The notes under the pieces were generated by a model. It did not search any database. It was given only the letters and a program-made list of their open reading frames with translations, and was not told the origin of the DNA. Made by a program: the position numbers and the translations under genes. Shown in pieces: positions 60,768 through 64,000 of a DNA stretch of 64,000 bases. Position 1 is the stretch's first letter, and each line of letters opens with the position of its first letter. The stretch lies in NCBI GenBank assembly GCA_918797485.1, contig CAKKNE010000004.1, forward strand, positions 3,410,001-3,474,000, written 5' to 3'. Source of the stretch: Pelagomonas calceolata (lineage: Eukaryota).

Positions 60768-62023
60768 ATGCATGATCAGTCGGAGCCTCCGGGCTCTCCA
60801 TGGCGGGCTGCCCTCTGTGCAGCGCTCTTTGTCGCCGGCGGCGCCTACCACTTGCGGGCCCTGCGGGCCCTGCGGCACGAAAATGGGGCTCTGCGACGCG
60901 CCCAAGCAGGCAAGACGGCGGAGCTTGCACTGCTGCGTGCATCTGACGACCGGCGGTTCGAGTCCTACCGCGCCCACGTCGACGCGTTGCGAACGCGACA
61001 CCCCCGTCGTCGCGGGAACGCGACAGCCGAACACGTGCCCGTAGGAATCCTCGTGCGGACGTTCGCGGGCGATCTGCAGTGGCTCGCCTACTGCCTGCGC
61101 AGCGTGGCCAAATTCGCGCAGCCGTACGTCGACGGCGTCACGGTAGTCTTTCCGGAGGCCGACGACGCGACGGTCGGCGCGTTCGTGCGATTGGCGCACC
61201 CGTGGGCGCGGACCAACGTGTCGACGTCGGCGGCGGTGTTCGCGGCGGCGATGCGAGCCGCACACCCGCACAAGTTTGCGCGGTGCCACGCGGGGCAGTG
61301 CCTACCCGACTGTGCTCTTGCGGCGTCCTTTTATTCTCTTCGCGTTGTTGTTGGCATCGCGTGCCACGTCCACGTCGCGTCGATGGCGCCACGTGCCACG
61401 CCATCGACGCGATGCCCCACGCAGACGCGGCGCAGATCTTCGACAAGCTCTGCGCCGACCTCTACGTGCCCGCTGCTCGTTTCGTTCTCCACCTCGACAG
61501 CGACACGGTACTCACGCGGCCGCTCGCCTTTTCGGACGTCTTCGATCCGCGCACGAGAAAGCCCCTGATGCCCCGGGTCCGGTACGCGCCGGGTTCGGAG
61601 GCGGAGTGGCGGTGGCGCGCCGTCACCGCGGATCTCGTCGGCATCAAGGCCGAAGACCTAGAATTCCAATTCATGACCCGTCAGGGCCTGTGCTACCCGC
61701 GCGCGTTCTACGGCACCTTTCGACGAGCCGCCGAGCGGCTCCATGGACGCCCGCTCTCCGAGTGGCTGGTGGACCGCTTCGCGAGCACGAAAGGTCACCC
61801 GGCGTCGGAGTTCGAGGCCCTCGGAGCGTTTGCGTACTACCGCGGCGGGCGCGACCAGTTCGCCTGGCCAGCCGTCACTCAGAACGCGGCGTCGTCGTTC
61901 CCCGCGCTCCAGAAATTGTCATGGGGCGGTCTCGATACGACGCTGCGCCTCGTCCTCGAGTGCGTCATTGCGGGTGCGTCGACGCCGGGGAATTGCGAGA
62001 CCGGTCTAGGCACGGTGAGTTAG
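60768..62023 (+). CDS. Type II membrane GT-A glycosyltransferase-like protein; exons 60768-61311 and 61425-62023
   Basis: RTFAGDLQW..LRSV; spliced DYAAQIFDKLCAD; LHLDSD; SEFEALG. Confidence 0.75.
61312..61424 (+). other. 113-nt GT-AG intron carrying the introner hairpin core
   Basis: GTGCTC..CACGCAG in phase 1; GTCGCGTCGATGGCG..CGCCATCGACGCGA. Confidence 0.7.
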
Positions 62024-62080
62024 GCCTCCGAATCGCGCCGATCCACGTAGCGAGAAATAGGGATGTTTCAGTACAGATAC

Positions 62081-63016
62081 TTAAGCCCGTCGCCAACCCG
62101 GCGGCTCCTCGCCGCGGCCCGCGGGCGGTCCGTAGGTCCGCTTCCAGAGCGCCCGCGCCCCGGCGGGCGTGAGCGAGACGTTCCGCGCGCGGAGGTCGCG
62201 CGCGAATCGCCGGCTGACGAATATGAGGTCGTACGTGCAGTCCGCCGTCACCTCGCCGGGCCGGCACGGCGGCGGCGAGACGTCGTATTTGACGTCGAGG
62301 TGGTACCATCGCGCCATCAGCGCGACGAGCGCCGCCGTGTCGTTTTTGGCGGCGCCCTCGACGCTCTCGACCTGGACGACGTCGGCGGGCGTCGCGGCCC
62401 AGTCGACGGACCGGAGCACCTCGAGCTCGGCGCCCTCGACGTCGACGCTCACGTAGTCGAGGCGTTCGACGCGGCGCTCCCGCATCAGCCCCGCGACCGT
62501 GTAGCAGGCGACGCTCGTCTCGCGCGCGACCTTGCCGCGGTGGCGCATCGCCTCGAGCCGCGCGGGGTCCATGTCGTCCGCGAAGCCTGAGAAGCCGCCC
62601 TTCTTCGAGAAGACGAAGCGCCGCGCGCCGGCGCGCGCCGCGACCGCGCCGTGGTAGTTCCAGCACCCGGGTCGGTTCCGCACGAGCCGGTGGAACTCGT
62701 CCGTCGGCTCGACGCAGAATCCCCGCCAGCCGCGCTGCTCGAACGCGTAGCTGTTCGAGTGGGCGACGCCGTCGCGGGCGCCGAATTCCAGGTAGACGCC
62801 CGGCCCGGGCCGGTGCCGGAAGAACCGCTCGTAGACGTACAAATCTTGGCCGGCCTGGGACCGGAAGCGACCGCCGGGCCCGAGCGCGACGACCTTCGTT
62901 GCCGGGCCGACGCCGACCGGCGCGCGCATGGCGGTGGAGCACAGGATCACGATAGCTATGACCGGAAGGACGAAACAGAGCCTGCGCCAAGCAGAGGGGC
63001 TGCCTATCGTCGGCAT
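62081..63016 (-). CDS. Type II membrane FkbM-family methyltransferase
   Basis: SQAGQD, YLEFGARDG..SNS, VEP, LDYVSVDVEGAELEVL. Confidence 0.9.
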   Translation of the reverse strand: MPTIGSPSAWRRLCFVLPVIAIVILCSTAMRAPVGVGPATKVVALGPGGRFRSQAGQDLYVYERFFRHRPGPGVYLEFGARDGVAHSNSYAFEQRGWRGFCVEPTDEFHRLVRNRPGCWNYHGAVAARAGARRFVFSKKGGFSGFADDMDPARLEAMRHRGKVARETSVACYTVAGLMRERRVERLDYVSVDVEGAELEVLRSVDWAATPADVVQVESVEGAAKNDTAALVALMARWYHLDVKYDVSPPPCRPGEVTADCTYDLIFVSRRFARDLRARNVSLTPAGARALWKRTYGPPAGRGEEPPGWRRA

Positions 63017-63383
63017 CAATCCGTCTTCAGCCCGCTGCCCCCTGGACCAGCTGCGTACACGCAATGTGATCTCAAATCTGATCTCGGCCCGCTGCCCCCC
63101 TGGACCAGCTGCGTACACGCAATGTTCAGAGAGTGAGGTATAGAGGTATAGAGCTGAGGTACCTGAAGATAGAGTGAGTTTACGCGGGTTTTTATAGATT
63201 GAATCCGACCAATCGGGATACGGGTCCAGCACGCCGGGGCGCGGCCGGGTACGTTTGATTACAAGCGGGCAAAACCCGAACCGGCTGCTGCCATCTCGAT
63301 CTCGACCTGAGAGCAAAATCGAGAACCCGAATGGCTTTGTGATCGCTGCCCCTCGTGGGGCATTGCGTGCATCGCGCAGGACG

Positions 63384-64000
63384 ATGCGGTTGTTGTTGAT
63401 GGCGTGGTGGGTCGCGAGGCCCGTCGCCTCGGCAGCGACGGCGTGCCTGTACGCGCACGGCGACGCGTCGCGCCGGCCGCGCACCTGCGTCGACGTGCGC
63501 GCCCTCTCGCGCCAATCGCCCGCACGCTGCGCGACGCGGTCGCTGCGGCACCAGGTCTGCGCGCACGCGGACGGCGAGCTGGTGCAGCCGTTCTTCGTCC
63601 ACGCGGCGACGGCGGGGGGAAACGCGTCGAGTCCGGGCCCTCCCACCGAGTACGTCGTCGAACACGGCGTCTGCCGCGCGGCCGCGCGCGGCGCGGCCGA
63701 CGCCGTGGGCGCGGCGGCGGGGGCGCACGAGTGCGCCGCCCGGTGCGCGGCGCGGCTCCTCGCCGCCGGATGTCGCGCCTGGAGCTTCGCGAACCGCAGC
63801 TGCGCACTCTTCTACGACCGCGGCGCGCCGCGAAGCGTCGAGAGGAGCCACGACGCGCGCTGCGCGAGCGGCGAGGTCGACGCTCCCGTCCGCGTCGTCC
63901 GCGACGCCGTCGTGTCGCACTACGGGACGCACGTCTGCCCCTGCCGCGACCTCGGCGCGCCGTGCGTCGTCACGACGCTCGCGTGCGGCGCGGACGCCGA
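63384..64000 (+). CDS. Secreted Cys-rich protein with a PAN/apple-like domain (3' truncated by the window edge)
   Basis: Not in the ORF track; MRLLLMAWWVA signal peptide; ECAARC..GCRAWSFANRSCALF; open to the window end. Confidence 0.65.
   Translation, partial: MRLLLMAWWVARPVASAATACLYAHGDASRRPRTCVDVRALSRQSPARCATRSLRHQVCAHADGELVQPFFVHAATAGGNASSPGPPTEYVVEHGVCRAAARGAADAVGAAAGAHECAARCAARLLAAGCRAWSFANRSCALFYDRGAPRSVERSHDARCASGEVDAPVRVVRDAVVSHYGTHVCPCRDLGAPCVVTTLACGADA

Noticed and set aside
63017..63646. Long N-terminal extension of the FkbM ORF
   Set aside because: It overlaps a plus-strand secreted-protein gene and the promoter; the ATG at 63016 directly precedes the signal anchor.

Overview
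This is gene-dense, very GC/CpG-rich eukaryotic nuclear DNA with few introns. It looks like a pelagophyte alga such as Pelagomonas, inferred from bipartite plastid-targeting peptides, ciliary genes (ARL16, TMEM216-like, p25alpha, RIIa) and introner-type introns. About 46 protein-coding genes are supported, all identified by eye from motifs without database searches. I recognised no rRNA, tRNA or CRISPR array. Highlights: (1) a recurrent CTAG-TGTCTTAC-N(2-5)-CG-CTAG element in about 16 upstream regions, including 9 head-to-head gaps, which is a candidate core or bidirectional promoter element; (2) introns that are miniature DNA transposons with terminal inverted repeats (TIRs) and 8-bp target-site duplications (TSDs), spliceable in either orientation and sometimes with GC donors, plus an apparently exonised fragment; (3) unusual domain fusions: HTH-Tudor-RAMA-SET, F-box/cytochrome b5, F-box/actin, EF-hand inside a pyruvate dehydrogenase kinase, 2OG-oxygenase/SDR, and a proteasome alpha subunit with a signal peptide; (4) two clusters of secretory glycan-modifying enzymes; (5) a dispersed hairpin repeat, an inverted gene duplication, a chimeric gene relic and a low-GC decayed ORF.
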